This document shows, one piece after another, positions 36,422 to 48,158 of a DNA stretch of 59,988 bases (the first letter of the stretch is position 1; every line of letters begins with the position of its first letter). Under the pieces are notes generated by a model that ran no database searches, had not been told where the DNA came from, and worked only from the letters and a program-made list of their open reading frames with translations. This DNA is from Opitutia bacterium (GTDB lineage Bacteria; Verrucomicrobiota; Verrucomicrobiia; Opitutales; T3Sed10-336). A program made the translations under genes and the position numbers. Location: NCBI GenBank assembly GCA_050506795.1, contig JBJHCF010000032.1, positions 1 through 59,988 on the forward strand. The letters run 5' to 3'.

Positions 36422-38731
36422 TTAGCGCAACCGTTTCAACAGGATTCGGGTGCGCACAAACACCTTGCCCGGAGCTCTGCGATTTTCAGGGTGACCGAAA
36501 CGCAGAACGCGAAGGTCGTGCCGGACACTCGCCAACTCCGGCTCCGGAACCGAAAAACCACCGTCATTGTCGGCGATCCCACGTTCGAGCCGTCTCAGCA
36601 GAATTCCCGCCTGACGCCGGACCGGATCAAGTGTATTCCGTGCCCGCTGCGGCACGATGTAGGGGACCACCCGCCAACCCATCCGGCGCCCAAAGAACAC
36701 CACCGTGGTCACCGCCAGGAGAATGGTTGCCAGGGTAATCCAGCGAGGGCCATCCCAGGGGCCGTGGAACCAATCACGCACGCTCCTCCCAATATTGGCG
36801 AATCCCTGTTCCGTACCCTCCCGCAGAATTCGCATCCGCTCCCGAATAGCCTCCGCCATCGTCGTCTGGGCGGTGCCGTCAAAACTAACGACTCTACGGT
36901 ACCACTGCACCCGCAGACTATCCAGAAAAGCGAGCCAACTGGCATCGATACGCACTCCGAGAAAGGAGTCGGAGCCGTCCATCCCGTCCAGCAGTTCATC
37001 ACCGCCCGACGGCGTCGGATCCGCACGAAACCAATAACCGTTGCCATCGTAAATCTCGCACCAGGCATGGGCGTCGGAAAAACGCACCATCAGGTAGTTC
37101 TCGTAATGATTCCAGGTACCTCCGTGAAAACCGGTCACCATACGGGCGGGATACCCGGCGGCGCGGCTGAGCATGATCAACGCCCCGGCAAAATATTCAC
37201 AGTGTCCGTCGACCTCATTTCGCAACCAGCGGACAATGGGATCACCGCGCTCCGGTGGCAGACTGCTGGAGAGCGAATACTCATGCCGATCCCACAGGTA
37301 ACGGATGGCCCGATTGACGAATTCCTCCGCCGGCAATGTCTCGCCACCGGAGATCTCTGCGGCCACCTCCAGAAGGTACTCACGATCCCGCCGCTGCTGG
37401 GGCAATTGCAGAACACTGGAACGGTAGCTGAAATACTCTCCCGTCTCAACCGCCACCATTCCCGGAATCGGCGGCGAATCCGGCGACACCATGGGCCAAT
37501 CCTCAATACTCATGTAGGGATCGAAAAAGCGGTCTTGAAACGCCATTCCACTCACCTGGTAAAAGAACAATTGAGCATTAACTCCGCTTTGACTGAGAAT
37601 ACGAAATGGTATAACATTATTAAACTGCGACGTTCCTCGAATTCGCAAACTGCCAAAATCACCGGCCAACGGCAGCCACTGAGCCACGCCACCCTCGAGG
37701 TAAAAAAGCCATTCCCCTCTGGGACCCATCCCCCGCTCGTTGGCTTCCCAATCCAAATCGTTGGGACTGAATCGATTGCTGTTGATGCGTCGAGTTGTCC
37801 GACTCAGTGCGCGCGAAATGCGAAACCTGCCTTCCCCGTACCGATTAACCGAATACTCATCGAGGACCACCATTCGCCAGTAGGGATCCGACGGAATCGC
37901 ATGCCGCGAAGGCGGATCGATTCGCAAGGCCGTCCGGTGATCGGTCATGATGTCGGTGATGTCACGCAGCCCGACTTCTTCGGTGAACCGGGAAACCGAG
38001 GTAGAATCCCGCAATCCGAAAAAACCAATGCTGTTCTCAAGGTTGAGACGAGGTATCAGCAGGAAGATACCCGCCGAGAGGGAAAGGATGGCGACAAAAA
38101 GCACTCCCGCCAAACCGAACAATCGCAGGTCGGCGCATTCGCGCAGTCGCATCAGAAAGTGCCCCCAGGAAAATCCATCCCAAATATCGATGGGCTCCTC
38201 TTCGTGCTCCGCATTTCCGAGGAGATTGCCGTTGAACAGCAGTCCCATGGCGATCGCGGCGAAGGCCATAATCTGCAGGACGAAAAACACCGAGACAATC
38301 TTCACCGCCACCACAATCACCAGAAAAAGGCACAAGAGGATCAACTGGGGATCCTCACGGCGCTTGCGGAAGGCAACGGCCCGGTGGCACACCAGCAGGA
38401 TATTCAATCGGATCAAGGCATCCAGAAATCCCGCGATCCCGGCAAACACCACCAGATCCACCAGAAAGCCAAGTACGATCAGGAGCGGAATGACGCGCCA
38501 CAACTCCACCGGAATCACAAGCCGCCACCGCGGAAACAAAGCTCCCGCACCCACTACGGCCAGAGCGAAAAAGTAATGCAGGAACACACCGGAATCGAGG
38601 AATGCCACCGGGTACAACGACAACAACGCCAGCATCACGCCCAGGAAATAATTCACCTGGTGCATTTCAATGCGGTTAAGTTGCGGCAATACTCTCTCCC
38701 GCACAGCGTGCAATGATTCCACTTCCGCCAT
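36422..38731 (-). CDS. DUF3488 + transglutaminase-like protein (TgpA type)
   Basis: N-terminal TMs; YWRMVVLD, triad GHCEYFA / AHAWCE / DPTP. Confidence 0.9.
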   Translation of the reverse strand: MAEVESLHAVRERVLPQLNRIEMHQVNYFLGVMLALLSLYPVAFLDSGVFLHYFFALAVVGAGALFPRWRLVIPVELWRVIPLLIVLGFLVDLVVFAGIAGFLDALIRLNILLVCHRAVAFRKRREDPQLILLCLFLVIVVAVKIVSVFFVLQIMAFAAIAMGLLFNGNLLGNAEHEEEPIDIWDGFSWGHFLMRLRECADLRLFGLAGVLFVAILSLSAGIFLLIPRLNLENSIGFFGLRDSTSVSRFTEEVGLRDITDIMTDHRTALRIDPPSRHAIPSDPYWRMVVLDEYSVNRYGEGRFRISRALSRTTRRINSNRFSPNDLDWEANERGMGPRGEWLFYLEGGVAQWLPLAGDFGSLRIRGTSQFNNVIPFRILSQSGVNAQLFFYQVSGMAFQDRFFDPYMSIEDWPMVSPDSPPIPGMVAVETGEYFSYRSSVLQLPQQRRDREYLLEVAAEISGGETLPAEEFVNRAIRYLWDRHEYSLSSSLPPERGDPIVRWLRNEVDGHCEYFAGALIMLSRAAGYPARMVTGFHGGTWNHYENYLMVRFSDAHAWCEIYDGNGYWFRADPTPSGGDELLDGMDGSDSFLGVRIDASWLAFLDSLRVQWYRRVVSFDGTAQTTMAEAIRERMRILREGTEQGFANIGRSVRDWFHGPWDGPRWITLATILLAVTTVVFFGRRMGWRVVPYIVPQRARNTLDPVRRQAGILLRRLERGIADNDGGFSVPEPELASVRHDLRVLRFGHPENRRAPGKVFVRTRILLKRLR

Positions 38732-39821
38732 TGGATTCAAACGTTACCAGGTTGTGATGCAGGGGAGGCTTCGGATGCCTGTCACCCGTCGTCATTTTCA
38801 GGGTGGCCAACTGATCGAAGAAACCCGCCAGGTCCACATACCGATGGAAATAGACCGACGGCTTCTCGTCGACGCTCGCTCCCAAAATCCGGTTGGACTG
38901 GAAAAAATCCTCCGCCAAGGTAAACACAAAGCGGCACAACCGGTCGAATTGCTCTTCCGTGCGCCAAAGCGCTTCCGCAGTCTCCAAGAAAAAGTAATAT
39001 CCCGAGTGATTCTCCGCGGTGAACTGCCTCACCTGCAAACGCCGGGCCTTGGCGCTGGCCTTCCAGTGAATAAGGCGATGCGAATCGCCACGCTGGTAAT
39101 TGCGAAGGTTCACCAGATCATCTCCCTGCCCGACCCGCTTGTTCGACCTGCCCTGCATCGCCAGTTCCCGGGTGGCCATGCTTTCCTTTCTCTCGTAGGC
39201 GATACGCTTGGGCCAAACCAGAATCTCCAGCGACAACGGCCAGCCGACAGACTTGCGCAGAAAACCAAACGGAAACTCGGAAACCGCGCCCCCGAGTTCC
39301 ACTTTCTCCACCCCGCGCTCCTTTGGCTCGAACATCCACTTGATGCGGGCCGTCCGTCCCGGATCAAGCCGCTGCTCCAGATAAAGCCTGTCGTTGCCGC
39401 CGCTTTTCGGGGCTTTAATTCTGAACCAGACCGAATAAGTGGGCAACAATCGCTTGTCGTTGCGTACCTCGACCAGGACCGCGCCCTTTTTCGCCGCACG
39501 AAACGGAGGATCGGCCAACATGCGCCAACGGGTTCGGCGAAAATTGACCCAGGACAACACCCCGCTGAGCAAGAGCGCGGATAGTATCAGTGAAAGTGAT
39601 ACGAAAAGAATGTTGCTTCCGGTATTGTAGGCGGAAATACACAATCCGATCGCAATAATGATCAGAAGATACCCGCTTCCGGTAGGCAGGAAACGTTGGC
39701 TGCGCGGCGGCACGATCATCGACCAGATCTTCAAGGCCAAACCCTTGAGGCCACCCGGCCGATCGGCCGGCGCGCCCGGCCCCTGCCAGGGAGTGAGAAT
39801 ATTTCCGGTTTGTTGTGACAT
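38676..39821 (-). CDS. DUF58 domain protein
   Basis: FPFGFL, LRNYQRGD, IHWKASAK. Confidence 0.9.
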   Translation of the reverse strand: MSQQTGNILTPWQGPGAPADRPGGLKGLALKIWSMIVPPRSQRFLPTGSGYLLIIIAIGLCISAYNTGSNILFVSLSLILSALLLSGVLSWVNFRRTRWRMLADPPFRAAKKGAVLVEVRNDKRLLPTYSVWFRIKAPKSGGNDRLYLEQRLDPGRTARIKWMFEPKERGVEKVELGGAVSEFPFGFLRKSVGWPLSLEILVWPKRIAYERKESMATRELAMQGRSNKRVGQGDDLVNLRNYQRGDSHRLIHWKASAKARRLQVRQFTAENHSGYYFFLETAEALWRTEEQFDRLCRFVFTLAEDFFQSNRILGASVDEKPSVYFHRYVDLAGFFDQLATLKMTTGDRHPKPPLHHNLVTFESNGGSGIIARCAGESIAAT

Positions 39822-39860
39822 GATCAACGGGCTCGGTCATCCGCCGCGCCGCACCCGGCA

Positions 39861-40832
39861 TCAGACCGGCGACGGAATTGAATCCATGATCGACCTCAGA
39901 ATATTGCGGGCGATTTTTCGCTCCTCCAACGGGTCCGGGGTCTGCCGCCGCAATTGCAGCCGGTGGCATAACACCGGATCCACCATGGCTTCGACATCCT
40001 CGGGGAGGACAAAATCGCGACCGTGGTAAAGGGCTCGGGCCTGAGTGGCCATCTTCAGCGAGAGACTCCCCCGGGTGCTCACACCGGCCTTGAACTCGGT
40101 CTCGGTACGGGTCGCGGTGACAATCCTGATAATGTACTCCAGAATGCTGTCCTCCACGTAAACGTCCCAAACCCGCTGCTGAAGCGCCAGGATCTCATCC
40201 TGTCCGACGACTGTGTCCATGGAGATATCGTCATAATTCAGAAATGAATTGCGCAGCACCTCCAGTTCCTGTTCCTCGCCCGGATAGCCCATGTGGATTC
40301 GCATCAGGAAACGGTCGAGCTGGCTTTCCGGCAACGGAAAGGTGCCGCCGTAGTCGACCGGATTTTGCGTGGCGAAGACCATAAAAGGAGAGCCCACCTC
40401 GTAGGTCTCCCCATCCACCGAGACCTTGCCGCGATCCATGACCTCGAGAAGACTGGACTGGGTTTTCGGCGTCGTGCGATTGATCTCATCCGCCAGCACA
40501 ATGTTGGCGAAAACAGGTCCTTTCTTGAATTGAAACCCCCTCGTCGCCTCGTCGTAAACCGAAACTCCGATAACGTCCGCCGGAAGGAGGTCGCTCGTGA
40601 ACTGGATGCGCGAAAAGGATGCGTCAATGGAACGGGCCAGGCAATAGGCCAAAGTCGTTTTTCCCAATCCGGGCAAATCCTCGATCAACAAGTGCCCTGA
40701 AGCCACCAGGCAAATCAGCACCTTGTCGATAACATCATCCTTTCCTTTGATGTAGTGTGAGATATTGGACCTCAGGCGTAACAAAATCTCCCGGGAATCG
40801 CTCACCGGCGCGGATCGGATGGCATCGCTCAT
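39861..40832 (-). CDS. MoxR family AAA+ ATPase
   Basis: [36 protein letters not shown]. Confidence 0.95.
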   Translation of the reverse strand: MSDAIRSAPVSDSREILLRLRSNISHYIKGKDDVIDKVLICLVASGHLLIEDLPGLGKTTLAYCLARSIDASFSRIQFTSDLLPADVIGVSVYDEATRGFQFKKGPVFANIVLADEINRTTPKTQSSLLEVMDRGKVSVDGETYEVGSPFMVFATQNPVDYGGTFPLPESQLDRFLMRIHMGYPGEEQELEVLRNSFLNYDDISMDTVVGQDEILALQQRVWDVYVEDSILEYIIRIVTATRTETEFKAGVSTRGSLSLKMATQARALYHGRDFVLPEDVEAMVDPVLCHRLQLRRQTPDPLEERKIARNILRSIMDSIPSPV

Positions 40833-41085
40833 AAACATTAAAACCATGGACCAAAGGAGGTCTTATTGCAAGCACTCGACCGGGTAAATGCCCTGGTCTC
40901 CCGGGCAAATCAAGCGGTGAATCCGATTTTTACAGATCTTGCAACAATTGGGTCTCCCCTCTCACCGCCAGAGCCCGTTTCACATCCGAGCACGCGACGG
41001 CTGCCGAGGGCGAATTCTCCCGTATTTCCCGATATTCAATCTCGTCAAGCCGTCAGGTTCATGCCATTGCTCATTCCCGATTTGC

Positions 41086-43542
41086 ATGAGTGAACAGCTG
41101 CACCATATCACGCACGCTTTTTGGCTGGCGCCGTCCGTCGGCTGCGTCCTGCTCGACCGCGACTGGAAAAACGAACGGCCCCCACCCCTGGTGGCGGCTT
41201 CCAACGGCCTGACGCTGACCCGGATGCGGCCGGCTCCTTCCGATTTCATCGGTCGCTTCACCGGCTACTATCGCCGCGACGCCGACACCCTGGTTTTCTG
41301 CCAGGAGGACCATCGCCACCCGCACCTCGATTTTCGGCGCACCCCGGTCCGCGTGGTAGGACCTTTTAACGGCTGGGGTAGAGACGGAGATCAGCGCAGT
41401 TGGGAATTGCAGCCCAGGGAGTGCTCGGACGGCACGATCCTATGGGAAAGGGCCGTTCCCGTAAAACAGCTGAAAGGGGGCCCCTGCCACTTTCGCTTCG
41501 TGTCCTCCCACTGGCACTGGTTGCGTCCCCTGGCGTCCGCAATCAATCTGGCCACCGACGAAGCCGGAAACGTCAACTACCTCTGCCAGCCCTCGTGCAG
41601 CGGGCAACATGTCTTTCTCTTCGACGTAAAGGATGGTCGCGGCATGGACGGCGATCACTCCCTGACCTGGCGTCGGGGCGAACATCAGGATCCGGTGCCG
41701 GTGCGCCCGGGATTGTCCTTTTACGATTTGAAAACGGACCTTCCGCTTGGGGCTCACGTGGAAGGCAACAAAACCGTCTTCCGGGTTTTTGCTCCCCGGG
41801 CTCGCAAGGTCGAGGTGGAGGTCGTGGCGAACCCGGCGGACTCCGACGGCGAACGTCATGCCATGACCCTGACCGACGACCTTCTCACCTGGGAGGCGCG
41901 GCTATCCGGAAACCTGCACGGAACCCTCTATTTTCTGGTGGTCGAAGGAGAAAACGACGGGGTCAGCACTCAATACGAGGCCGACCGGCGCCTCCTCGAC
42001 CCCTGGGCCCTCGCTGCGGCCGGCCCATCCGGACCGGGCATCGTTGTCGACCGATCAACCCTGCCGACCCGGTCGGGGCAACCCGCTTTCGACCCACCGC
42101 ATCACCAGGATCTCGTAGTCCTGGAGGGACACCTGCGAGACCTGACCGCTCACGCTCCCATCGCCCTCCCCGACGAGGAACGCCTGGGTTTCACCGGTCT
42201 CAGGAAATGGCTGGAAGCCGATGACTCCTATGTGACCCGCCTGGGAATCAACGCTCTCGAACTCCAACCGGTCAGCCAGTTCGACAGCGCCACCCGGGAG
42301 GAATATCACTGGGGCTACATGCCGACCAATTTCTTCGCCCCTTGCTCTCACTACGCCGCCGATCCCGCCGCCGCCTCCCAGATTCGCGAGTTGAGCGAAC
42401 TGGTGGCCGCGTGCCACCAAAGGGGACTGGCGGTGATTCTGGACGTAGTTTACAATCACGTCGGCGAACCGCCGTTTCTGCTGTTCCTCGACAAAAGCTA
42501 TTACTTCCATGTCGAAGCGGACGGCGAGCTGACCAACTGGAGCGGCTGCGGCAACACCCTGCGGGCGGAATCGGCCATGTCGCGCCGGTTGATCATCGAA
42601 AGTCTCACCTACCTGGTGGAGACCTTCGATGTGGACGGTTTTCGTTTCGACCTGGGAGAGCTGCTGACCATTGAGGTGCTCAAAGAGATCGAAACCGCCC
42701 TGAAAAAGATCAAGCCCTCGATCATCCTGATCGCCGAACCGTGGAGTTTTCGAGGCAACATCGCCTGGGAGCTGCGCACGACCGGATTTTCCTTCTGGAA
42801 CGACGAGTTTCGGGAATTCCTGCCCAAATACCTCCACGGTCACGGCGACGCCGGTGGTTTGGCCTATTTCATGAAGGGGTGCCTCGATCATCTGTCCGCC
42901 TGGCCCGCCCAGAGCATCAATTACACCGAATCGCACGATGACCGTTGCTGGCTGGACAAGATTACCGAAAACCCTGAACACGACGGAACCCACCCAAACG
43001 CCAACGATATCTTTCGGACCCACCTGATGGCGGCCATCCTGTTCACCTCCATCGGTGTGCCCATGTTGTCCGCCGGACAGGATTTCCTGCGTTCCAAGGG
43101 CGGCCGCAACAACACTTACCTCGAGGGAGAGGTCAATGCGCTGGATTACGGCGCGCTGGACCGGTACGGGCGTACACACAACTACTTCCGGCAATGGATC
43201 TCCTTTCGTTTGTCCCCCTGGGGCGAACTGCTGCGGCTTTGGGACTCCCCCGGCCCGGACTACATTCGCGCTTTCGGTATCGACGACCATCCGGCCGCGG
43301 CCTTGCTTTTCAACGCCGATCGCAGCCGGGGCTCCAAACAGATCCTTTTCGCCATCAATCCCCATATGGACGGAACTTCAATCGCCCTCCCCGACATTCC
43401 CCAGGACGACTGGCTCGAATTGGCCGACCGGGAGAACTTCAACCCCCACGGGATTTTCAACGGCCGCCTCAAGGAAAACCAGGCTCGCGTCGATCTCGGC
43501 CCGCTCGACTGCGGGCTCTGGGTAAGAGAGGCCTCCAAATAA
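41086..43542 (+). CDS. GH13 pullulanase/isoamylase-like alpha-glucan debranching enzyme
   Basis: YHWGY, DVVYNH, GFRFD, IAEPW, ESHD; N-terminal CBM48-like VVGPFNGW. Confidence 0.9.
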   Translation: MSEQLHHITHAFWLAPSVGCVLLDRDWKNERPPPLVAASNGLTLTRMRPAPSDFIGRFTGYYRRDADTLVFCQEDHRHPHLDFRRTPVRVVGPFNGWGRDGDQRSWELQPRECSDGTILWERAVPVKQLKGGPCHFRFVSSHWHWLRPLASAINLATDEAGNVNYLCQPSCSGQHVFLFDVKDGRGMDGDHSLTWRRGEHQDPVPVRPGLSFYDLKTDLPLGAHVEGNKTVFRVFAPRARKVEVEVVANPADSDGERHAMTLTDDLLTWEARLSGNLHGTLYFLVVEGENDGVSTQYEADRRLLDPWALAAAGPSGPGIVVDRSTLPTRSGQPAFDPPHHQDLVVLEGHLRDLTAHAPIALPDEERLGFTGLRKWLEADDSYVTRLGINALELQPVSQFDSATREEYHWGYMPTNFFAPCSHYAADPAAASQIRELSELVAACHQRGLAVILDVVYNHVGEPPFLLFLDKSYYFHVEADGELTNWSGCGNTLRAESAMSRRLIIESLTYLVETFDVDGFRFDLGELLTIEVLKEIETALKKIKPSIILIAEPWSFRGNIAWELRTTGFSFWNDEFREFLPKYLHGHGDAGGLAYFMKGCLDHLSAWPAQSINYTESHDDRCWLDKITENPEHDGTHPNANDIFRTHLMAAILFTSIGVPMLSAGQDFLRSKGGRNNTYLEGEVNALDYGALDRYGRTHNYFRQWISFRLSPWGELLRLWDSPGPDYIRAFGIDDHPAAALLFNADRSRGSKQILFAINPHMDGTSIALPDIPQDDWLELADRENFNPHGIFNGRLKENQARVDLGPLDCGLWVREASK

Positions 43543-43603
43543 TTCCAGCACCGCTACCTGGAATGGAACCAGTCCAGAAGTCCGCCGATGAAGGCAGTGC
43601 CGC

Positions 43604-44812
43604 TCACCGGTAAGGCCGGATCTCCACGTTCACCCGCACCCCCTCCTCCACGCGGTCACCGGGTCGCCCGATCACGGTCTCGCCGGGTTCCAGCCCGGAG
43701 ATAATTTGACTCCAGAGCCCGCTGCGCCTTCCCGTCTCGACGGCACGCCGCACCGCGCGGCCATTCGCCACCACAAAAACGCTCCACCTATCGTCGTGCC
43801 GAACCAGCGCACTGGATGGCACCTGCAAAACGTCATCCTCATCCCATAAAACAAAGCGCGCCTCCACCCGGTAATCCGTTCCCAAGCGAACCCAGTCCTC
43901 CCGCGGCGACTCCAGGACAATCCGAACGGGCACCCGCTGCTCCTCGACGCCCAGCGCTGAAATGCGCATGAATCCGGAGGGTTCCACCCGCCGTACCCGG
44001 GCTTCCAGGTCACGCTCTCCGCCCCAGCGGGTCAGCAACACACGCATCCCCTCCTCAACCCGTACCGCGTCCATAGACAACAGGTCCACAGTGACCTCCA
44101 ATTGCTCGAGATCACCGATCTCCAAAATGGACTCCCCCGCCGGGATCACCCCTTCCTGCCACCGGTGGCGCGCCAGCACTCTCCCGCTTTCCGGAGATCG
44201 GGCTTCCAACACCGGGTCTTCCTCCCCCACCCGGCGGCCTTCGCTCACTTCGAGCAATGCCCGGGCGTTGCGCAGTTCAAACCGCGCTGCCTCCACCGCG
44301 CGGGCGGCCGCCCTTTCGGCGCTCAACGCGCGATCCCGCTCCGTCCGAATCCGGTCGAATTCCGACTGGGAAACCGCTCCGCGGGTGCGCAGGACGCCAT
44401 AACGTTCGAATTCGATCTCGGCATGTCGCGCCTCAGCACCCCGTATTTCCCATTCCGATCTCGCTCCTTCGAGGCGCGCCCGCGCAACACCCGCCGCCTC
44501 GGCTGCCTGTTCGCGGGCGCGGGGGTCTAAAGCCGGAGCTGGAGCCGGCTCCAAACGAAACAAAAGGTCGCCCGCCGAAACCTCGTCACCCACTTCCAAC
44601 CGCACCCGCTGAAGATATCCCCCAATCGGCGAAGAAACCACGAATGGATCGCGCAACGTGGTACGCCCCTCCTCCTCGACATAGTCGGTGAAGCGGCTGC
44701 GCTCCACCACGATGCCCGAAACCGGAACGGGCGCCGGGCGCAATGCCAATGCCAGTATGACGCCGCCAGCGACAACCGCTACGGCGAGAAAGATCTTTCG
44801 TTGGTGTTTCAT
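43604..44812 (-). CDS. Efflux periplasmic adaptor (HlyD/MFP)
   Basis: N-terminal TM, lipoyl halves, coiled coil, SALGVEEQRV. Confidence 0.9.
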   Translation of the reverse strand: MKHQRKIFLAVAVVAGGVILALALRPAPVPVSGIVVERSRFTDYVEEEGRTTLRDPFVVSSPIGGYLQRVRLEVGDEVSAGDLLFRLEPAPAPALDPRAREQAAEAAGVARARLEGARSEWEIRGAEARHAEIEFERYGVLRTRGAVSQSEFDRIRTERDRALSAERAAARAVEAARFELRNARALLEVSEGRRVGEEDPVLEARSPESGRVLARHRWQEGVIPAGESILEIGDLEQLEVTVDLLSMDAVRVEEGMRVLLTRWGGERDLEARVRRVEPSGFMRISALGVEEQRVPVRIVLESPREDWVRLGTDYRVEARFVLWDEDDVLQVPSSALVRHDDRWSVFVVANGRAVRRAVETGRRSGLWSQIISGLEPGETVIGRPGDRVEEGVRVNVEIRPYR

Positions 44813-44816
44813 TGCC

Positions 44817-47180
44817 TCATTCGATCGTTTTTAATGCGGTTACCATATCAATGTTTCCGATACGATTGAGCATCAATGCGACAGAAAGCACGGAAGCCGT
44901 CAGAACTCCCGCCGCTGAAAACGCGTACGTCCAAGGCGTAATCACAAACGGTATCCGGTACATGTCGACACTCATGGCCTCACTCAACAACCAGGCGAAA
45001 CCGGTTCCCACCGCCCACCCCAATGGAATCGCGATCAGGGTCAAGAGCACGATTTCACCGACCAGAATCCAAGTAATCTCTCCCCGGGTAAATCCAAGAA
45101 CCCGCAGGGTGGCCAGTTCGCGGCTTCGCTCCGCCAGCGCTATGCGGGCGTTGTTGTAAATCACCGCAAAAGCGATCGATCCGGCCAGGAGAAGCAACAC
45201 TCCCATAAATACCAGCACGGTATCGGTCAGGTGCTCGCGGATATTGCGCTCGGCATCCCCAATCAGGCCGATGCCGGCTATCCGTGAGATCCCCCAAAGG
45301 ATTGAGAACAATTCATTCTCACTTGTCCCATCCGTCAGCAGCCAGGCGCCGGAAACGGCCGGTCCTTCGCGCATCAGACGATTGAGCGCCCGCCTCTCCA
45401 TGTAACCGCTGACCCCCAACGGCTCGTCCACCGTCCCGGCCAGGGTTACCTCGACGGTGCGTCGATGCCCCTCCAACACCTCCATCGCCACCCGCTCCCC
45501 CGGTGTCACTCCGAGGAAATCGGCCAGGTAGGTGGTCAGCAGCAATCCCTCTTCCGGCAATTCCACCGGACGACGTTCCCTGTCGATCAGGCCCCGCACA
45601 GCCGAATCTCGCTCAAAGCCAAGCAGGCCGGTTCGGTACTCGGCCGCGCCCCGGAAGAGGCGCACAGGAACCGACCGGTAACCCTCGGCGTAATGAACGC
45701 CGGGCTGATGCCGCAACTCGCCCACAGCCCGTTCCGGGGTCGGATCGGTAAAGGTCAGATGCACATCCATGCGCTGCACCAGCCGGTACTGCAAATCGAT
45801 CATGTGGTCGACGGCGCCGAACTGGTAACTCCCCACCATCAGCAATGCACCCGACAAAGCAATGCCGGAAATCGACAGTCCCGCTTTCCACGGGTGACGC
45901 GAAAGGTTGCGCAGAATGATTCGCGTCGGCTGCCCCACCCGCCGGCCCAAAGCCGAACGGTCGATCCACCCCCTCCGAAACCGTTCGGGTGGCGGCGGCC
46001 GCATCGCCTCCGCCGGCGGAAGCTTCACCGCGCTACGTACCGCCCCCCAGGCCCCCAGGAAAGCGGCGCCTCCAGCCACTAGAAACGCGGTCAGTACCAC
46101 CCCTGGTTGCAGCCTGAAGCGGATTTCGGGAAACCGAAAATACTCCTGGTACACCCCGGCCAGTGCATCCGCGGCCCAGGCGCCCAGGACGATTCCGGTC
46201 ACCGCCCCGATCAGCACGATCAACCCGGTAAGCAACCCGTAATGACGGGCGAGTTCCGCGTTGCGGTACCCAAAGGCCTTGAGCACTGCGATCTGCTCCC
46301 GCTGCGTCCGCACGATTCTTCCCATCAGCACGTGCAGCAGAAAGGCCGCGACACTGAGGAAGATGACCGGCATGATCGTGGCCATGGCGCGAATCTGATC
46401 CAATTCGTCCGAGAGAAATCGATGGGACAACAGTTCATCCCGTCCGTGCGCTCCAATTCCGCCATAACGACCGAGCACCTCGTCGACCGACTCGATCACA
46501 AACGCATGATCCGCGTCCGCCTGCAGGGTGATCAGTGCGCTGTTGAAGGCACCGTCCATCCCATAGGCATGCGCCAACGCCCGACGGTTCATCCAGAGGA
46601 TGGCATACCGTTCGTAATCCGGCACCAGGTCGGCCGGAGCGATTTGGTAGACGAACTCGGGAGACAATACGACTCCGGAAATCCGAAGCGCCTGAAGACG
46701 GCCGCGTATGATCGCCTGCAGGCGATCGCCGGGCCCCAGACCGTGAGCCTCGGCGAAGGCTTCACTGACCGCGACCTCGTCCGATCGGGCCGGATCCGGC
46801 AGGACGCCTTCGCGCACGTACAGGCGGTTCACCTCGGGTTGGCGTCCTTCCGGCAGGGATACAATGTGCCCCCGGACCGGATCGGAAAATCCTTCGACCT
46901 CCAACCGGACCGCCGCCCGCACCCGCGTCTCCACCCGGTTGACTCCCGAAATCGCCTGGAGACGGGCCGCCAGAACCTCCGGAGCGCGCTTGAGATCGAC
47001 AAAAATCTCAGCCAGTTGATAGTCGCGGTAGAACCGTTCTTTCGTTTGGGTCAGCGCGTCGAGCGTGGTGAGCGAAATGATCAGGGTCATGATACCGGCC
47101 GCGATGACCACCGCAATTGCGGCCAACTGACCTTTCATGGACCGGATGTCGCGAAGAAGTTTGCGGTGCAGCGACGACAT
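44817..47180 (-). CDS. ABC transporter permease (FtsX/MacB-type, duplicated)
   Basis: QIAVLKAFGY and RELATLRVLGF repeats. Confidence 0.9.
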   Translation of the reverse strand: MSSLHRKLLRDIRSMKGQLAAIAVVIAAGIMTLIISLTTLDALTQTKERFYRDYQLAEIFVDLKRAPEVLAARLQAISGVNRVETRVRAAVRLEVEGFSDPVRGHIVSLPEGRQPEVNRLYVREGVLPDPARSDEVAVSEAFAEAHGLGPGDRLQAIIRGRLQALRISGVVLSPEFVYQIAPADLVPDYERYAILWMNRRALAHAYGMDGAFNSALITLQADADHAFVIESVDEVLGRYGGIGAHGRDELLSHRFLSDELDQIRAMATIMPVIFLSVAAFLLHVLMGRIVRTQREQIAVLKAFGYRNAELARHYGLLTGLIVLIGAVTGIVLGAWAADALAGVYQEYFRFPEIRFRLQPGVVLTAFLVAGGAAFLGAWGAVRSAVKLPPAEAMRPPPPERFRRGWIDRSALGRRVGQPTRIILRNLSRHPWKAGLSISGIALSGALLMVGSYQFGAVDHMIDLQYRLVQRMDVHLTFTDPTPERAVGELRHQPGVHYAEGYRSVPVRLFRGAAEYRTGLLGFERDSAVRGLIDRERRPVELPEEGLLLTTYLADFLGVTPGERVAMEVLEGHRRTVEVTLAGTVDEPLGVSGYMERRALNRLMREGPAVSGAWLLTDGTSENELFSILWGISRIAGIGLIGDAERNIREHLTDTVLVFMGVLLLLAGSIAFAVIYNNARIALAERSRELATLRVLGFTRGEITWILVGEIVLLTLIAIPLGWAVGTGFAWLLSEAMSVDMYRIPFVITPWTYAFSAAGVLTASVLSVALMLNRIGNIDMVTALKTIE

Positions 47181-47187
47181 ACGCGTC

Positions 47188-47934
47188 TTACCAGCTCAGC
47201 TCGGCGGGAGAGCGCCGTGCCCGGTTGAGTGTTTCCTCCACAATACGCCCGTCACTCATTCGAATCACCCGATCCGCCATTTCGCCGATCACTTCGTTGT
47301 GCGTGATCAGGGCGGTGGTGGTGCCGAGTTCCCGGTTGATCGCCTCAATGGCCTGCAATACGGAAACGCTGGTCCTGGAATCCAACGCCCCGGTAGGCTC
47401 GTCACAAAGAAGCACCGCCGGTCGCTTGGCGATGGCGCGCGCGATGGCAACCCGTTGTTGCTGTCCTCCGGAAAGTTGCGAGGGAAAATGATCCATGCGG
47501 TCCTCCAGACCAACGAGTGCCAACGCTTCCTCGGGTGACATGGGGTCACGCGCGATTTCCGTGACGATGGCCACGTTCTCCCGGGCGGTGAGACTTGGAA
47601 TCATGTTGTAGAACTGGAAAACGAACCCCACCTCGTACCGCCGAAAACGTGTCAACTCACGCTCTCCGGCACCGCTCAAATCATTGCCGCGGTAGCTGAC
47701 GGCTCCCTCCGTCGCCCGGTCGAGTCCACCGACAATATTAAGCAAAGTCGACTTGCCGCAACCCGAAGGTCCCAAGAGCACCGACAACTCCCCGGAATAG
47801 AGCGCCATATCAATCCCCCGCAGGGCGTGGATAACCACCTCCCCCATCAGATATATCTTGGTCAGTCCACGAACTTCAAAAATGGTTTCCCGCGCCTCTG
47901 TCGACCTCCCAGGGTGTTCCGCGTCTGTTATCAT
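47188..47934 (-). CDS. ABC transporter ATP-binding protein
   Basis: [21 protein letters not shown]. Confidence 0.93.
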   Translation of the reverse strand: MITDAEHPGRSTEARETIFEVRGLTKIYLMGEVVIHALRGIDMALYSGELSVLLGPSGCGKSTLLNIVGGLDRATEGAVSYRGNDLSGAGERELTRFRRYEVGFVFQFYNMIPSLTARENVAIVTEIARDPMSPEEALALVGLEDRMDHFPSQLSGGQQQRVAIARAIAKRPAVLLCDEPTGALDSRTSVSVLQAIEAINRELGTTTALITHNEVIGEMADRVIRMSDGRIVEETLNRARRSPAELSW

Positions 47935-48158
47935 GACTGAACAGCAATTGAAGCTTGAAAAAGGCGATCCCATCAAAATGCCCCGCTTCACCCGGGCGGT
48001 TTCGAGGGAAAACCTTCGCGCAAAGAATCAAACGCCATTCAGAAGGGCGCAACTTCAATCGAAAGCCCGCGCAATACCCTCGGCCGATCGGAGAATGAAA
48101 GGCGATCCGGTCCGTTTTCCGGTTGCCTGCCAACCGACAGTTTGCGATAGATCAAGGT

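Noticed and set aside
36422..40832. MoxR-DUF58-transglutaminase as a novel system
   Set aside because: This is a well-known conserved three-gene arrangement. The 741-aa plus-strand ORF over it is a shadow.
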